From a bacterium (GTDB lineage Bacteria > UBA8248): a stretch of DNA of 64,000 nucleotides. Shown one piece after another: positions 11,610 to 21,039 of this stretch. The position numbers and the translations under genes are program-made. The stretch covers positions 544,001 to 608,000 of the forward strand of contig OZ244799.1 of the NCBI GenBank assembly GCA_965219955.1, written 5' to 3'. Each line of letters begins with the position of its first letter. The stretch's first letter is position 1. The notes below the pieces were generated by a model. It did no database searches, was not told the origin of the DNA, and saw only the letters and a list, made by a program, of their open reading frames with translations.

Positions 11610-12458
11610 ATGGAACCCGCAAACCCTGAACTCGGGGAAATCCCCCATGCGCGTTTCTTGAACACGGGCGAGTCCACCGCCGCCTGGAACATGGCGGTGG
11701 ATGAGTTGTTGTTCGAGGGTTGCCGGGCTCATTTGAGAGAAGGCCGTCCTCCCGAGGAGGCGCCTCTCACATTTCGCGTCTACGCCTGGTCGCCCCCGGC
11801 CATCTCCCTGGGACGCGGCCAGGCCGCCGGGCGCGATATTTTCCTGGAACGGCTCGCGGATGAGGGAATCGACATCTGCCGGAGGCTCACCGGCGGGCGC
11901 GCGGTGCTCCACGATTGTGAGCTGACGTATTCCGTCACGGGTTCGCAGGCTCTTCTGGGTGACGCGATTGAAGAGACCTATCACAGGATCAGCCTAGGGC
12001 TGGCCGAAGGGCTGGCGGCCCTGGGCGCGCAGGTCGAGTTGGCGCCCCCGAGCGGGAGCGCGTACGCCTCCCAGGGTTCCTGTTTCGCCACGGCGTCGGT
12101 GTGGGAGCTTTCTATCGGCGGGAAAAAGATGGTGGGCAGCGCGCAATGCCGCGAGGGCGGCGCGGTGTTGCAGCACGGCAGCGTCCTGCTCCGTTCTTCG
12201 GAGGAGCGGCTGGCGAGTCTCCTCAAACCGAGGGGGGGCGAGCGCCTGCTCACCCGAAACGCCCACGCGGTCGGTCTCCGGGAGGTCCTGGGGGAGGAAA
12301 TCTCGTTTCGTGAGGTGGCCGAGGCCTTGAAGGCGGGTTTGGAGAAGGTGCTTGGTTTTCGCTTTCTCCCGGCTGCGCTGACGAGTGCCGAGAATGCGAG
12401 GGCGCTGGAAATATCCCGGTCCCGATATGAAAATCGGGAGTGGACGCTGGCAAGGTAA
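11610..12458 (+). CDS. Lipoate-protein ligase / LipM-like octanoyltransferase (catalytic domain only)
   Basis: NMAVDE, RRLTGGRAVLH, KMVGSAQ, QHGS motifs; directly after gcvP. Confidence 0.88.
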   Translation: MEPANPELGEIPHARFLNTGESTAAWNMAVDELLFEGCRAHLREGRPPEEAPLTFRVYAWSPPAISLGRGQAAGRDIFLERLADEGIDICRRLTGGRAVLHDCELTYSVTGSQALLGDAIEETYHRISLGLAEGLAALGAQVELAPPSGSAYASQGSCFATASVWELSIGGKKMVGSAQCREGGAVLQHGSVLLRSSEERLASLLKPRGGERLLTRNAHAVGLREVLGEEISFREVAEALKAGLEKVLGFRFLPAALTSAENARALEISRSRYENREWTLAR

Positions 12459-12752
12459 CGAGGCGTTCACCGCTTGGTCGTGTCTCAGTTTGAAAAACCA
12501 GCTTGAACCACACCATATTTTTTGTGACGAACAAATGGGATCGACATTCAATGTCGGTCTTTTTTTGACCAAAGAGAGCGTCTGACATGCCGTGCATTCA
12601 TGTGCATAAAACTGCATACGGGTGCAATTTAGAGCAACATAAAAACCACAGGGGAGAAAGGAGACGACAATGAAGATGAAATGAATACGTTGTGAGGTGG
12701 ATTTCGATGTATTCAATGATGCTGCTATGAAAATAGGGCAAAGAGACGATTA

Positions 12753-12806
12753 TTGAACAAATGTTCAAAAATAGCCTTGACGCGATATGGCGCGATTTGA
12801 CACAAT
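12753..12806 (+). promoter_or_regulatory. Palindromic operator plus sigma70-like promoter of the cassette cargo gene
   Basis: TTGAAC-AAAT-GTTCAA (12753-12768), TTGACG (12777-12782), 18-nt spacer, TGn-CACAAT (-10 at 12801-12806). Confidence 0.45.
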
Positions 12807-12835
12807 GGAACGCCCAATAGATAGAGGACTGTTTG

Positions 12836-13294
12836 ATGAACATTGAGGAAGAAATCAGAAGGCTCGTCCCCCTCGTAAAAGAAACGAATCAACGCTTGGA
12901 GAAGCTTGGGAATGAGGTCGCGGGGCGCTTCGAGAAAATGGATCAGCGCTTCGAGAAAGTGGAGCAGCGCTTCGGGAAACTCGAGGAAGGAGTGGAGGAG
13001 GGTTTCGAGGAAGTGGATCAGCGCTTCGGGAAACTCGAGGAGGAAGTGGCGGAGGGTTTCGAGAAAGTGAATCAGCGCTTTGAGAAATTCGAGGAGGAAG
13101 TGGCGGAGGGTTTCGGGAAAGTGAATCAGCGTTTCGAGAAATTCGAGGAGGAAGTGGCGGAGGGTTTCGGGAAAGTGGATCAACGCTTCAATGGTATTGA
13201 AGAGTATCTCGAGCTGGTTGACGGGAAGCTCGAAGGCATTTCGGTGAAGGTGGAATTTCTGGATGAATTTCGTGAGAAAGTGGAAGGGCGATAA
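12836..13294 (+). CDS. Coiled-coil repeat protein (18-aa repeats)
   Basis: GAGGA SD; repeats QRFEKFEEEVAEGFGKVN; intact ORF inside the cassette. Confidence 0.8.
   Translation: MNIEEEIRRLVPLVKETNQRLEKLGNEVAGRFEKMDQRFEKVEQRFGKLEEGVEEGFEEVDQRFGKLEEEVAEGFEKVNQRFEKFEEEVAEGFGKVNQRFEKFEEEVAEGFGKVDQRFNGIEEYLELVDGKLEGISVKVEFLDEFREKVEGR
12965..13189 (+). repeat. Coding tandem repeat, 4 x 54 bp plus partial, preceded by 21-bp units
   Basis: Units start at 12965, 13019, 13073, 13127 (CAGCGYTTYGRGAAAYTCGAGGARG...). Confidence 0.92.
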
Positions 13295-13502
13295 TATCTA
13301 CAGGCCCTGATGGACAAAAAACCAGGCGACGCGGTGGGTTGCGCCGTCAAGGTCGTGAAGATCGCCACAGGTGAAATAAAATCCCAGCACAGGTAATCGC
13401 CCGGAAGGGCGGTCAGGCGCGTTCCGACAAACTCTCACCCGAACGGCGAAAAGAGATCGCCAAGAACGCGCGGCGGCGCGTTGGGAGATTCCCGCAAACT
13501 AA
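13294..13502 (+). pseudogene. Frameshifted small basic KGG-motif protein (IS-associated passenger family, often annotated 'RNA-binding protein')
   Basis: Pieces in different frames: (I)STGPDGQK / PGDAVGCAVKVVKIATGEI / RKGGQARSDKLSPERRKEIAKNA / AAARWEIPAN*. Confidence 0.7.
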
Positions 13503-13531
13503 GAATGGATATGTTCTGCCAGGAATAAATA

Positions 13532-13804
13532 ATGGCCACAAGAAAAGAGTATCAGGAAGAAATATTTGCTTGTAGGAAAAGTCCGTGCGCCATTGCCGGC
13601 TGATACCTCAACCAATCCCAGATAGAGTCTCTTTGTTATGTTTTGAGAAGCTCCGATCCACCAGAATATGTTTCGAATGCTTTTGAGCATCATGCTGGGA
13701 ATCTATTGCAATACATAGGGCTTACAGATCCGAAAGCAAAAGAGTTTTTTCATCGGTTGTTGGAGAACCTTGAGGACAGAGGCGATCTGACATTTTCAAA
13801 CTGA
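13532..13804 (+). pseudogene. 90-codon ORF with a single in-frame TGA at codon 24, ending inside the right IR
   Basis: AGGA SD, ATG 13532, TGA 13601-13603, frame stays open to TGA 13802-13804 (...LTFSN*). Confidence 0.5.
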
Positions 13805-13844
13805 GACACTACTCACCGATTGCATTATTTTACCTCCCATTTCC

Positions 13845-13874
13845 TTGACACTGTCGGCGGCATGGCCCTATCGT
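13845..13874 (+). promoter_or_regulatory. Sigma70 promoter of tRNA-Gly
   Basis: TTGACA-18 nt-TATCGT, 10 nt before the tRNA. Confidence 0.6.
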
Positions 13875-13884
13875 TCGTATGTAG

Positions 13885-13959
<75 letters not shown>

Positions 13960-14014
13960 TTCATCGAGTCGGGCCACGGCCCGGCGTTTCACTCGCATCC
14001 GGGAATTTGTGTCC

Positions 14015-14890
14015 ATGCCGCATGACTTTCACTTCAATGGCGTCTCCCTGGATGAAAAGGTCGTGGAGTTTCACACCCATTCGAACATGTCCGATGGTTT
14101 GTATTCTCCCGAAAAGCTCATCCAACGGGCGAAGCGCGCCGGGGTTCACGTCATATCACTTACGGATCACGACACGGTCGCAGGTTTGCCGCGCGCAGGC
14201 GCGGAGGCGAAAAAGTTGGGAATGGAATTCATTCCGGGCATCGAATTCTCCTGCGTTCATCATGAGCGGAGCGTGCACGTTCTCGGCCATTTCATACGGC
14301 AGGGCGCGCCTCGTCTCGCGGAGCAGATAGAGACGCGCGGCTCCAGCAGGGTGGAGAGGATGGGAGAGATGATCGATCGGCTGGGCCGCTGCGGCCTGCG
14401 TTTGGACAAGGAGGATTTTTTCGCCGTCTATGCGGACAGCCCGAGCATCACCCGGGGCCAGTTGGGGGCGTATATGCTCGGGAAAGGGCTCGCCAAATCG
14501 CGCGAGGAGGTCTTTGAGAAATACATCGGTGAAAGCGCGCCTTGCTACGTGGAGCTGAATATCCTTACTCCTTTTGACGCGCTCGAACTCATTCATGACG
14601 CCGGCGGGGTCGCCACCCTCGCGCATCCGATGTTGAGCGAGTGTGATGAAATCATTCCGCAACTGGCCGAAGCGGGACTCGCAGGCATCGAGGTGGAACA
14701 TCCCTCCCAGGACGCGGATGCGCAGCGCCATTACCGGAAAATGGCGGAAGAACACGGGCTTTTGTGTCTGGGAGGCTCCGATTGCCACGGCGTCCCCCAC
14801 GGGCGTGACAGGTTGGGGAGATTCTCACAGCCCTTGCGTTTGTTTCTTGAATTGTCGGAACGGGCGAAAACTCGAAGGACGACAACATAA
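14015..14890 (+). CDS. PHP-domain phosphoesterase (YciV/TrpH-like)
   Basis: HTHSNMSDG, TDHDT, GIEFS, HVLG, LAHP, GGSDCHG motifs. Confidence 0.9.
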   Translation: MPHDFHFNGVSLDEKVVEFHTHSNMSDGLYSPEKLIQRAKRAGVHVISLTDHDTVAGLPRAGAEAKKLGMEFIPGIEFSCVHHERSVHVLGHFIRQGAPRLAEQIETRGSSRVERMGEMIDRLGRCGLRLDKEDFFAVYADSPSITRGQLGAYMLGKGLAKSREEVFEKYIGESAPCYVELNILTPFDALELIHDAGGVATLAHPMLSECDEIIPQLAEAGLAGIEVEHPSQDADAQRHYRKMAEEHGLLCLGGSDCHGVPHGRDRLGRFSQPLRLFLELSERAKTRRTTT

Positions 14891-14900
14891 GGAACGCCAT

Positions 14901-15968
14901 ATGGCGCTTCAGGATCAATTCATACGCCGCTGGCGGCTTCTCAGGGCTCTGGAGAGCGGAGAGAGCTGGTCTTATGAAGAACTCCTTGCGCTTTTGAGCG
15001 AGGAGTCGGCCGAGGGCGACGGCCAGGCGTGGAGTTTGAGAACGCTTCAGCGGGATATTTCGCATTTGATGAAGGCGGGATTCCCGCTGGAGAGGGTTCG
15101 CGCAGGCCGGAAGATAAGGTATCGTTTATTGGGAGAGTTTGTGAATTCGGTGCCTGAGCCGTTTTTGCCTTCCCAGTGGGCGTCATTGTATTACGCCCTG
15201 TGCATGTTGCGGGATTTGCCGAGCAGCCCGTTGAAGGAGGAATCGTTTAACGAAAGCATCTCCGGTGTCTTGAGCCGGCTGCGGAGTTACATTCCTGCGG
15301 CTTTGCGCGCCTATGCGGAGGGCGTGGAGCCGCGCTACGCCGGGGTCGTGGGAGCGCTCAGGGAGCATGGACGGCAGCGCAGGGTGGGCTCCGCTTTGCT
15401 CGAGGCGATAGCAAAGGGAAAACCCGCGCGAATCCTGGCGGCCCGCGCAGGCGAGATTCGAAAGCGCTGGTGGAAGATAGACCCTTACCTCCTGCATTTT
15501 GAAGGCGGGAATTATCATCTGCTGGCGCGGGAATCGGAAAAAAACGCCCTGGGCGTCTGGCATCTGGAGGGCATAGAAAGCGTTCGAATCACAGCCGGGG
15601 CTTTCCAGATGCCGCTGGGGCTGGATTTGAAGGCTTTGCTGGCCGAGTGCTTGCGCGAAGCGATGAATAATGGTTTGAATGTGAGGGTCCGATTCGGGAG
15701 GGATGTGGCGCTTCATGCGGTTGTCGCCTTCATGAAAGAAGCATTCGGCGAAGCAGAGCATTTGAAAAAATCGAGCAGATCGAGTCGGGACATTACGGTT
15801 CGGGTAAGTGATATATGGGGTTTCAGACGATGGCTGATGTCTTTCGGCCAGGAAGCGGAGTTGATGGCTCCGGCCGAATTGCGCGATGCGGTCGCTCAGG
15901 ATCTGGAAGCCGCCTTGAAGAAGTACCGCAAGGGCCGTCGCGGAAGAAAAGCAGCCAATCCGGCCTGA
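14901..15968 (+). CDS. wHTH-WYL(-WCX) transcriptional regulator (PafB/C-like)
   Basis: AAGGA SD; SLRTLQRDISHL HTH; IDPYLL..GGNYHLLA WYL core; WLMSFGQEAELMAPAELR WCX-like end. Confidence 0.8.
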   Translation: MALQDQFIRRWRLLRALESGESWSYEELLALLSEESAEGDGQAWSLRTLQRDISHLMKAGFPLERVRAGRKIRYRLLGEFVNSVPEPFLPSQWASLYYALCMLRDLPSSPLKEESFNESISGVLSRLRSYIPAALRAYAEGVEPRYAGVVGALREHGRQRRVGSALLEAIAKGKPARILAARAGEIRKRWWKIDPYLLHFEGGNYHLLARESEKNALGVWHLEGIESVRITAGAFQMPLGLDLKALLAECLREAMNNGLNVRVRFGRDVALHAVVAFMKEAFGEAEHLKKSSRSSRDITVRVSDIWGFRRWLMSFGQEAELMAPAELRDAVAQDLEAALKKYRKGRRGRKAANPA

Positions 15969-15991
15969 TAAATTGTTGAGGAGGGCCTGAT

Positions 15992-16273
15992 ATGAGATTG
16001 AGAAAAGAGATGATTGAGCGAATCGCCAACAAGATTGTCGAGAGGCTGAACCGCCGTGAACTGATATCCGAGGATTCGAATCAGGAAGTGCTCAGGACGC
16101 GGATTGCGCACGTCATCGAGGCGGACTTGCTGGTCGAGGATCGCTTGAACGACGAGGTCAAGGAAATCCTGCGGGATTTCGAAGATGAAATGGACAGGGG
16201 CAATGTGGACTACAGCCGGATGTTTACGATGGTGAAAACAAAGCTGGCGCGCGAGCGGAATCTCGTGCTTTAG
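15992..16273 (+). CDS. DUF507-family protein
   Basis: MRLRKE..EDRLNDEVKEIL..MFTMVKTKLARERNLVL pattern; GAGGAG SD. Confidence 0.75.
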   Translation: MRLRKEMIERIANKIVERLNRRELISEDSNQEVLRTRIAHVIEADLLVEDRLNDEVKEILRDFEDEMDRGNVDYSRMFTMVKTKLARERNLVL

Positions 16274-16323
16274 CGGCATGAAGAAGTTTTTTGGATCATT
16301 TCATATACAAGGAGAGCGCGGTC

Positions 16324-16599
16324 ATGAAACTCAGCCGCGAGAAGATCAATCATCTGACGAATCTGGTCGTCAAGGATATGGAAGAGTGCGAGGACGTGGA
16401 TTTTCTGGTCGAGCCCCAGGAATTGCGCATGAATGTTCTGCGCGCCATAAGCAACGAGTTGATCATTGATGACGAGATAGAAGAAGAGGTGCGAAGAATT
16501 TTGAGCACGTATTCCAGCAGGCTGGTGGAGGGAAGTCGTGACTGGGAGATACTCTTCAACAAGCATTATGATCAAGAGGCCAAACGGCGGGGAATTTGA
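16324..16599 (+). CDS. DUF507-family protein (paralog)
   Basis: MKLSREKINHL..EGSRDWEILFNKHY pattern; AAGGAG SD. Confidence 0.75.
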   Translation: MKLSREKINHLTNLVVKDMEECEDVDFLVEPQELRMNVLRAISNELIIDDEIEEEVRRILSTYSSRLVEGSRDWEILFNKHYDQEAKRRGI

Positions 16600-16638
16600 T
16601 CTTCTGGACTGATGTCTTCATATGATGCTTCCCGAAAA

Positions 16639-17253
16639 ATGGAAAGCGGTGACGTGCGCAAGGTTGGCCTGACCGGGGGAATCGCCAGCGGAAAATCCAC
16701 GGTAAGCGGGATGTTCCGGGATCTGGGCGTTCCGGTAATCGACGCGGACGTCATCGCGCGCGAGGTGGTTGCTCCCGGCTCTCGCGCTCTCGGGGCGATT
16801 GTCGATGCTTTTGGTGAAGAAGTCCTCACCGATGAAAAGAGCCTGAACCGGGCCCGGCTCGGGGAGATCGTTTTTTCCGATCCGGCGAAAAAGAAAGTTC
16901 TGGAGCGTATTCTGCACCCCGAAATCATAGCGGAGCAGGACAGGCGGCTGAGAGGCCTCGAGCGGGAGGGGCGGACGCCCCTCGCGATTGTGGACGCCGC
17001 CGTCATGATCGAGTCCGGGAGCTGGAAGCGGTTCGACTCGATAGTGGTTGTCGATTGTGATGAATCTCAGCAGATTAGCCGGTTGCGTCACCGGAACGCG
17101 ATGAGTGAAGAGCAAGCCGTCAGGCGCGTCAATGCGCAGATGCCTCTTTCGGAAAAAGTAAAATATGCGAACCACGTGATTGACAATCGCGGCTCGATCG
17201 ATGATACCCGAAAGCAGGTAGAGGAGTTGAAGAAAGTACTTTCGAGGAAATGA
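16639..17253 (+). CDS. coaE: Dephospho-CoA kinase (start uncertain)
   Basis: VGLTGGIASGKSTV P-loop, IDADVIAR, ILHPEI, AQMPL..K, IDNRG. Confidence 0.94.
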   Translation: MESGDVRKVGLTGGIASGKSTVSGMFRDLGVPVIDADVIAREVVAPGSRALGAIVDAFGEEVLTDEKSLNRARLGEIVFSDPAKKKVLERILHPEIIAEQDRRLRGLEREGRTPLAIVDAAVMIESGSWKRFDSIVVVDCDESQQISRLRHRNAMSEEQAVRRVNAQMPLSEKVKYANHVIDNRGSIDDTRKQVEELKKVLSRK

Positions 17254-17704
17254 AATTAAAAGTGTTGACAAATTTGCCTGAACTGATTATTTTTTTGAAA
17301 CACTTGTGAATTCTATTCCTGATAAGTTTTCGTCGCCCTGAATTTCAAACACCATCTGATGCGCAATGTTTTGGAACTTTAGATTAAAAGAGAACTTGTC
17401 TTGTGAGAAATATAAGGATTCTCAGTCATATTTCTGTCCTCGGATGAATACATTTCCAAATATGGGTTTATGCGCGCGCCCATGATTGGCTCTGAAAAAC
17501 ACCAGATGCGCGATTCGCATCGCACCCGGCGATGAGAACCTGCTTTTGAATCAGACGTGAAGGAATTTCATTTCATCGACTTTACCGCTTGAGGCTAGGA
17601 GGAAAAGTCTCCCCGCGCAGAATGTGGCGATTGGTGCGACCAGAAAGCATCATCTCACGTTCCAGGCGGTAAAAGGTTCCCACCTAACCAAGGAGAAGGG
17701 AGTT

Positions 17705-18997
17705 ATGGCAACAACTGAAACAAAATCTCGCAGCTTGAACCTGGCGGAACTGAAGAAAAAGACCATTGGAGAGCTTAACCAGATTCTGAAGGAGTTTAGC
17801 ACCGAAAGCGCCAGCGGGCTCAGAAAACAGGATCTGATTTACAAGATACTCGAGGCGCAGTCCGACAAGGATCGCAACGGCGGCGGTGGAACCATCACCG
17901 GAGAGGGCGTGCTCGAAATCTTGCCGGACGGGTTCGGGTTCTTGCGCTCGCCCGCATACAATTATCTGCCCGGCCCTGACGATATTTACGTTTCCCCCAG
18001 TCAAATCCGCCGCTTCGATCTTCGCACCGGCGATACGGTGAGCGGTGAAATCCGCCAGCCCAAAGAGGGGGAGCGGTATTTCGCACTCCTGAAGGTCGAG
18101 AAGATCAATTTCGAACCACCCGAGGCGAGCAAGGACAAGGTTCTGTTCGACAACCTCACCCCCTTGTATCCGGACCGCAGGATACAGCTCGAAACTTCCG
18201 GCGAGGAGGTCAGTTCGCGTGTGCTTGACCTCATGACGCCGATCGGCTTCGGGCAGCGCGGCCTCATCGTCGCCGCGCCGCGGACCGGCAAGACGATGAT
18301 GCTTCAGTCCATTGCGAAGAGCATCGCGACGAACCACCCGGAAGTTCACCTGATCGTTCTGCTCATCGACGAACGCCCCGAAGAGGTCACGGACATGGAG
18401 CGCTCCGTGCGCGGGGAAGTGATTAGCTCGACCTTCGACGAGCCGGCGTCTCGCCACGTCCAGGTGGCGGACATGGTGATCGAAAAGGCGAAGAGGCTCA
18501 CCGAGCACAAACAGGACGTCGTCATCCTGCTCGATTCCATCACGCGGTTGGCGCGCGCGCACAACACCATCATCTCTCCGAGCGGCAAGGTCCTCTCCGG
18601 CGGCGTGGACTCGAACGCGCTGCAGCGGCCCAAGCGTTTCTTCGGCGCGGCGCGAAACCTGGAAGAAGGCGGCAGCCTGACCATTCTCGCCACGGCGCTG
18701 GTGGAGACGGGCAGCCGGATGGACGACGTGATTTTCGAGGAGTTCAAGGGCACGGGCAACATGGAAGTTCACCTCGACAGGAAACTCTCCGACAAGCGCG
18801 TTTTCCCCTCGGTCGACATCAACAAGTCCGGCACGAGGAAAGAGGAATTGCTGCTCAGCCCGCAGGAACTCAACCGCGTCTGGGTGTTGCGCAAGGTCTT
18901 GCAGCCGCTGGGCGTGGTGGATTCGATGGAGCTCCTGCTCGAGAAAATCCAGGAGACGAAGACCAACGAGGATTTCCTCGCCTCGATGAACAACTGA
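17705..18997 (+). CDS. rho: Transcription termination factor Rho
   Basis: [52 protein letters not shown]; SD before ATG 17705. Confidence 0.98.
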   Translation: MATTETKSRSLNLAELKKKTIGELNQILKEFSTESASGLRKQDLIYKILEAQSDKDRNGGGGTITGEGVLEILPDGFGFLRSPAYNYLPGPDDIYVSPSQIRRFDLRTGDTVSGEIRQPKEGERYFALLKVEKINFEPPEASKDKVLFDNLTPLYPDRRIQLETSGEEVSSRVLDLMTPIGFGQRGLIVAAPRTGKTMMLQSIAKSIATNHPEVHLIVLLIDERPEEVTDMERSVRGEVISSTFDEPASRHVQVADMVIEKAKRLTEHKQDVVILLDSITRLARAHNTIISPSGKVLSGGVDSNALQRPKRFFGAARNLEEGGSLTILATALVETGSRMDDVIFEEFKGTGNMEVHLDRKLSDKRVFPSVDINKSGTRKEELLLSPQELNRVWVLRKVLQPLGVVDSMELLLEKIQETKTNEDFLASMNN

Positions 18998-19037
18998 CGC
19001 GTTTCCCCAACTTCTTGTTTTCACCTGATTTTCGGGG

Positions 19038-19066
19038 TAGACAAGGCGCTGGAGTTTCGATATAAA
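19038..19066 (+). promoter_or_regulatory. Sigma70 promoter upstream of rpmE
   Basis: TAGACA-17 nt-TATAAA. Confidence 0.55.
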
Positions 19067-19191
19067 GCGCTCTCCTCGTAGGGGGGAGGGGCTGGTTTTT
19101 TATCGAAAAACCACCTCTATTTAGCGCTTTTTATCGAATTTTACGGAATTGTTTCAGACGTTTGAACCTTAAGATTTTGGAGCGTCCGGTT

Positions 19192-19827
19192 ATGAAGGCC
19201 GAGATTCATCCCGAGTTGTTCGAGTGCAAGGTCTCCTGCAGTGGTTGCGGCACCGAATTCACGACGTTCTCCACGCGCGAGCAGATACGCGTGGAGGTCT
19301 GCTCGCAGTGCCACCCGTTCTTCACGGGAAAACAGGCGCGCATCGTCGATACGGAGGGCCGCGTAGAGAAGTTCGTCAAGAAGTTCGAGGGCAAGGAGAC
19401 GCGGGTCTCCAAGCGCAAGAGAAAGCAAGCCGCCGCCGAGGAGGAGCGTGCGGCCAGGCTGGAGCGCGAGGCGAAGCTGGCCGCCGAGAAGGAGGCGGAA
19501 GAGAAGGCGCGCAGGGAAGAAGCCAGGAAGAAGCGGGCCGAGGAGCGAGCCGCCAGGCAGGCCGCCCAGGCGGCAAAAGAGCAATCCGCCGAGGCGGAAG
19601 CTCCCGCCGCCGAGGATGCTCCGCCCGCACCCGAACCGGCGGAAGCGTCCCCTGTGGCTGAAGATGCTTCACCCGGCGATGCCGGGGTGTCCGCCGCCTC
19701 CGGGGATGCCGCGCCCGAGCCTGAAACGAATGGTGCCGAGGCTGTCGCCGCTGTGGACGACGCTTCACCCGACGCATCGCCTGCGCCTGAACCTTCCGGA
19801 GAAGCCGAAAAGCCCGAGGATTCATAA
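19192..19827 (+). CDS. rpmE: 50S ribosomal protein L31 (Zn-type) with long C-terminal extension
   Basis: [34 protein letters not shown], then about 140 aa low-complexity tail. Confidence 0.93.
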   Translation: MKAEIHPELFECKVSCSGCGTEFTTFSTREQIRVEVCSQCHPFFTGKQARIVDTEGRVEKFVKKFEGKETRVSKRKRKQAAAEEERAARLEREAKLAAEKEAEEKARREEARKKRAEERAARQAAQAAKEQSAEAEAPAAEDAPPAPEPAEASPVAEDASPGDAGVSAASGDAAPEPETNGAEAVAAVDDASPDASPAPEPSGEAEKPEDS

Positions 19828-19947
19828 GCACGGAGCCTTCCGTGTTTGCCTGGGGGCCGCCCCGGGCGGTGGTTCCTCGGCAAACGCGAATTCGTGGACC
19901 GGGGAGGATTCCGGACCACTCCATTCGCTGCCCGTCGGTTGATCCCC

Positions 19948-21039
19948 ATGTTCGAAAAAATCGAGCAAATCATCGAAAAACACCAGACGCTGGAGATGCG
20001 CCTGTCGGATCCGGCCCTGCTCAAGGATCGCAAGAAATTCGAGCAGACCGCGCGCGAGCACAAGGAACTCACCCGGGTCGTCCAGACCTATGAGGAATGG
20101 CGCGGATACGAAAGCGCCATCGAGGAGGCGAAGGTGCTTCTCGAGGACGGGGACCCGGAGATGAGCGAACTCGCCCAGGCGGAACTCGAAGACGCGGGCG
20201 CGAAGATAGAAGAAGTGGAGGAGAGGCTCCGCCGGCTCCTGCTGCCCAGGGACCCGAACGATGAGAAAAACGTCATCCTCGAAGTCCGCGCGGGCACGGG
20301 CGGGCAGGAGGCCGCGCTCTTCGCGGCCGATTTGTACCGCATGTACGTGCGCTACGCCGAACTCCAGGGCTGGAAGGCGGAGGAGTTGAGCAAGAGCGAG
20401 AGCGACCTGGGCGGCTTGAAGGAAGTATCGGCGCTCATCAGGGGGGCGGGCGCCTACAGCCGCCTGCGCTATGAGAGCGGAACGCATCGCGTCCAGCGGG
20501 TGCCCGTCACCGAGACGCAGGGCAGAATCCACACCTCCGCCGCCACGGTGGCCGTGCTGCCCGAAGCGGACGAGATTGCGCTCGACATCGGCGAGAAGGA
20601 CTTGCGGATCGACGTCTACCGCTCCTCGGGCCCGGGGGGCCAGAGCGTGAACACGACCGATTCCGCCGTCCGCATCACCCATGTGCCCACCGGCCTCGTC
20701 GTCACCTGCCAGGACGAGAAGAGCCAGCACAAAAACCGCGCCAAGGCCATGAAGATCCTCTCGGCCCATCTGCTGGACATGGAAATCCAGAAGCAGATGT
20801 CCGAGCGTTCCGCGCAACGCAAAAGCCTCGTGGGCAGCGGGGACAGGAGCGAGCGGATCAGGACTTACAACTTCCCCCAGGACAGGATTACCGATCACCG
20901 CATCGGCCTCACCCTCCACGGTCTTCCCGGCTTCATGGAAGGCGGCATCGACGAGATGGTCAAGCGGGTGATAGAGAGCCGCGAGGCGGAGCGTCTGGCC
21001 GAACTGGAAGAAAGCACGGAAGCCCATCCCGCGGAATGA
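19948..21039 (+). CDS. prfA: Peptide chain release factor 1
   Basis: RVQRVPVTE (PxT), [20 protein letters not shown]. Confidence 0.97.
   Translation: MFEKIEQIIEKHQTLEMRLSDPALLKDRKKFEQTAREHKELTRVVQTYEEWRGYESAIEEAKVLLEDGDPEMSELAQAELEDAGAKIEEVEERLRRLLLPRDPNDEKNVILEVRAGTGGQEAALFAADLYRMYVRYAELQGWKAEELSKSESDLGGLKEVSALIRGAGAYSRLRYESGTHRVQRVPVTETQGRIHTSAATVAVLPEADEIALDIGEKDLRIDVYRSSGPGGQSVNTTDSAVRITHVPTGLVVTCQDEKSQHKNRAKAMKILSAHLLDMEIQKQMSERSAQRKSLVGSGDRSERIRTYNFPQDRITDHRIGLTLHGLPGFMEGGIDEMVKRVIESREAERLAELEESTEAHPAE

Larger units (their letters stand above)
12476..13813. mobile_element. Non-autonomous IS1-like transposon cassette (no transposase) with passenger genes
   Basis: Left end GGTCGTGTCTCAGTTTGAAAA (12476-12496) vs right end TTTTCAAACTGAGACACTACT (13793-13813), 19/21 inverted match; flanking direct repeats CACCGCTT (12468-12475) / CACCGATT (13814-13821); interior AT-richer than flanks. 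Confidence 0.8.

Noticed and set aside
12926-13189. Tandem repeats as a CRISPR array
   Set aside because: No unique spacers; units are multiples of 3, in frame within an ORF, and there are no cas genes.
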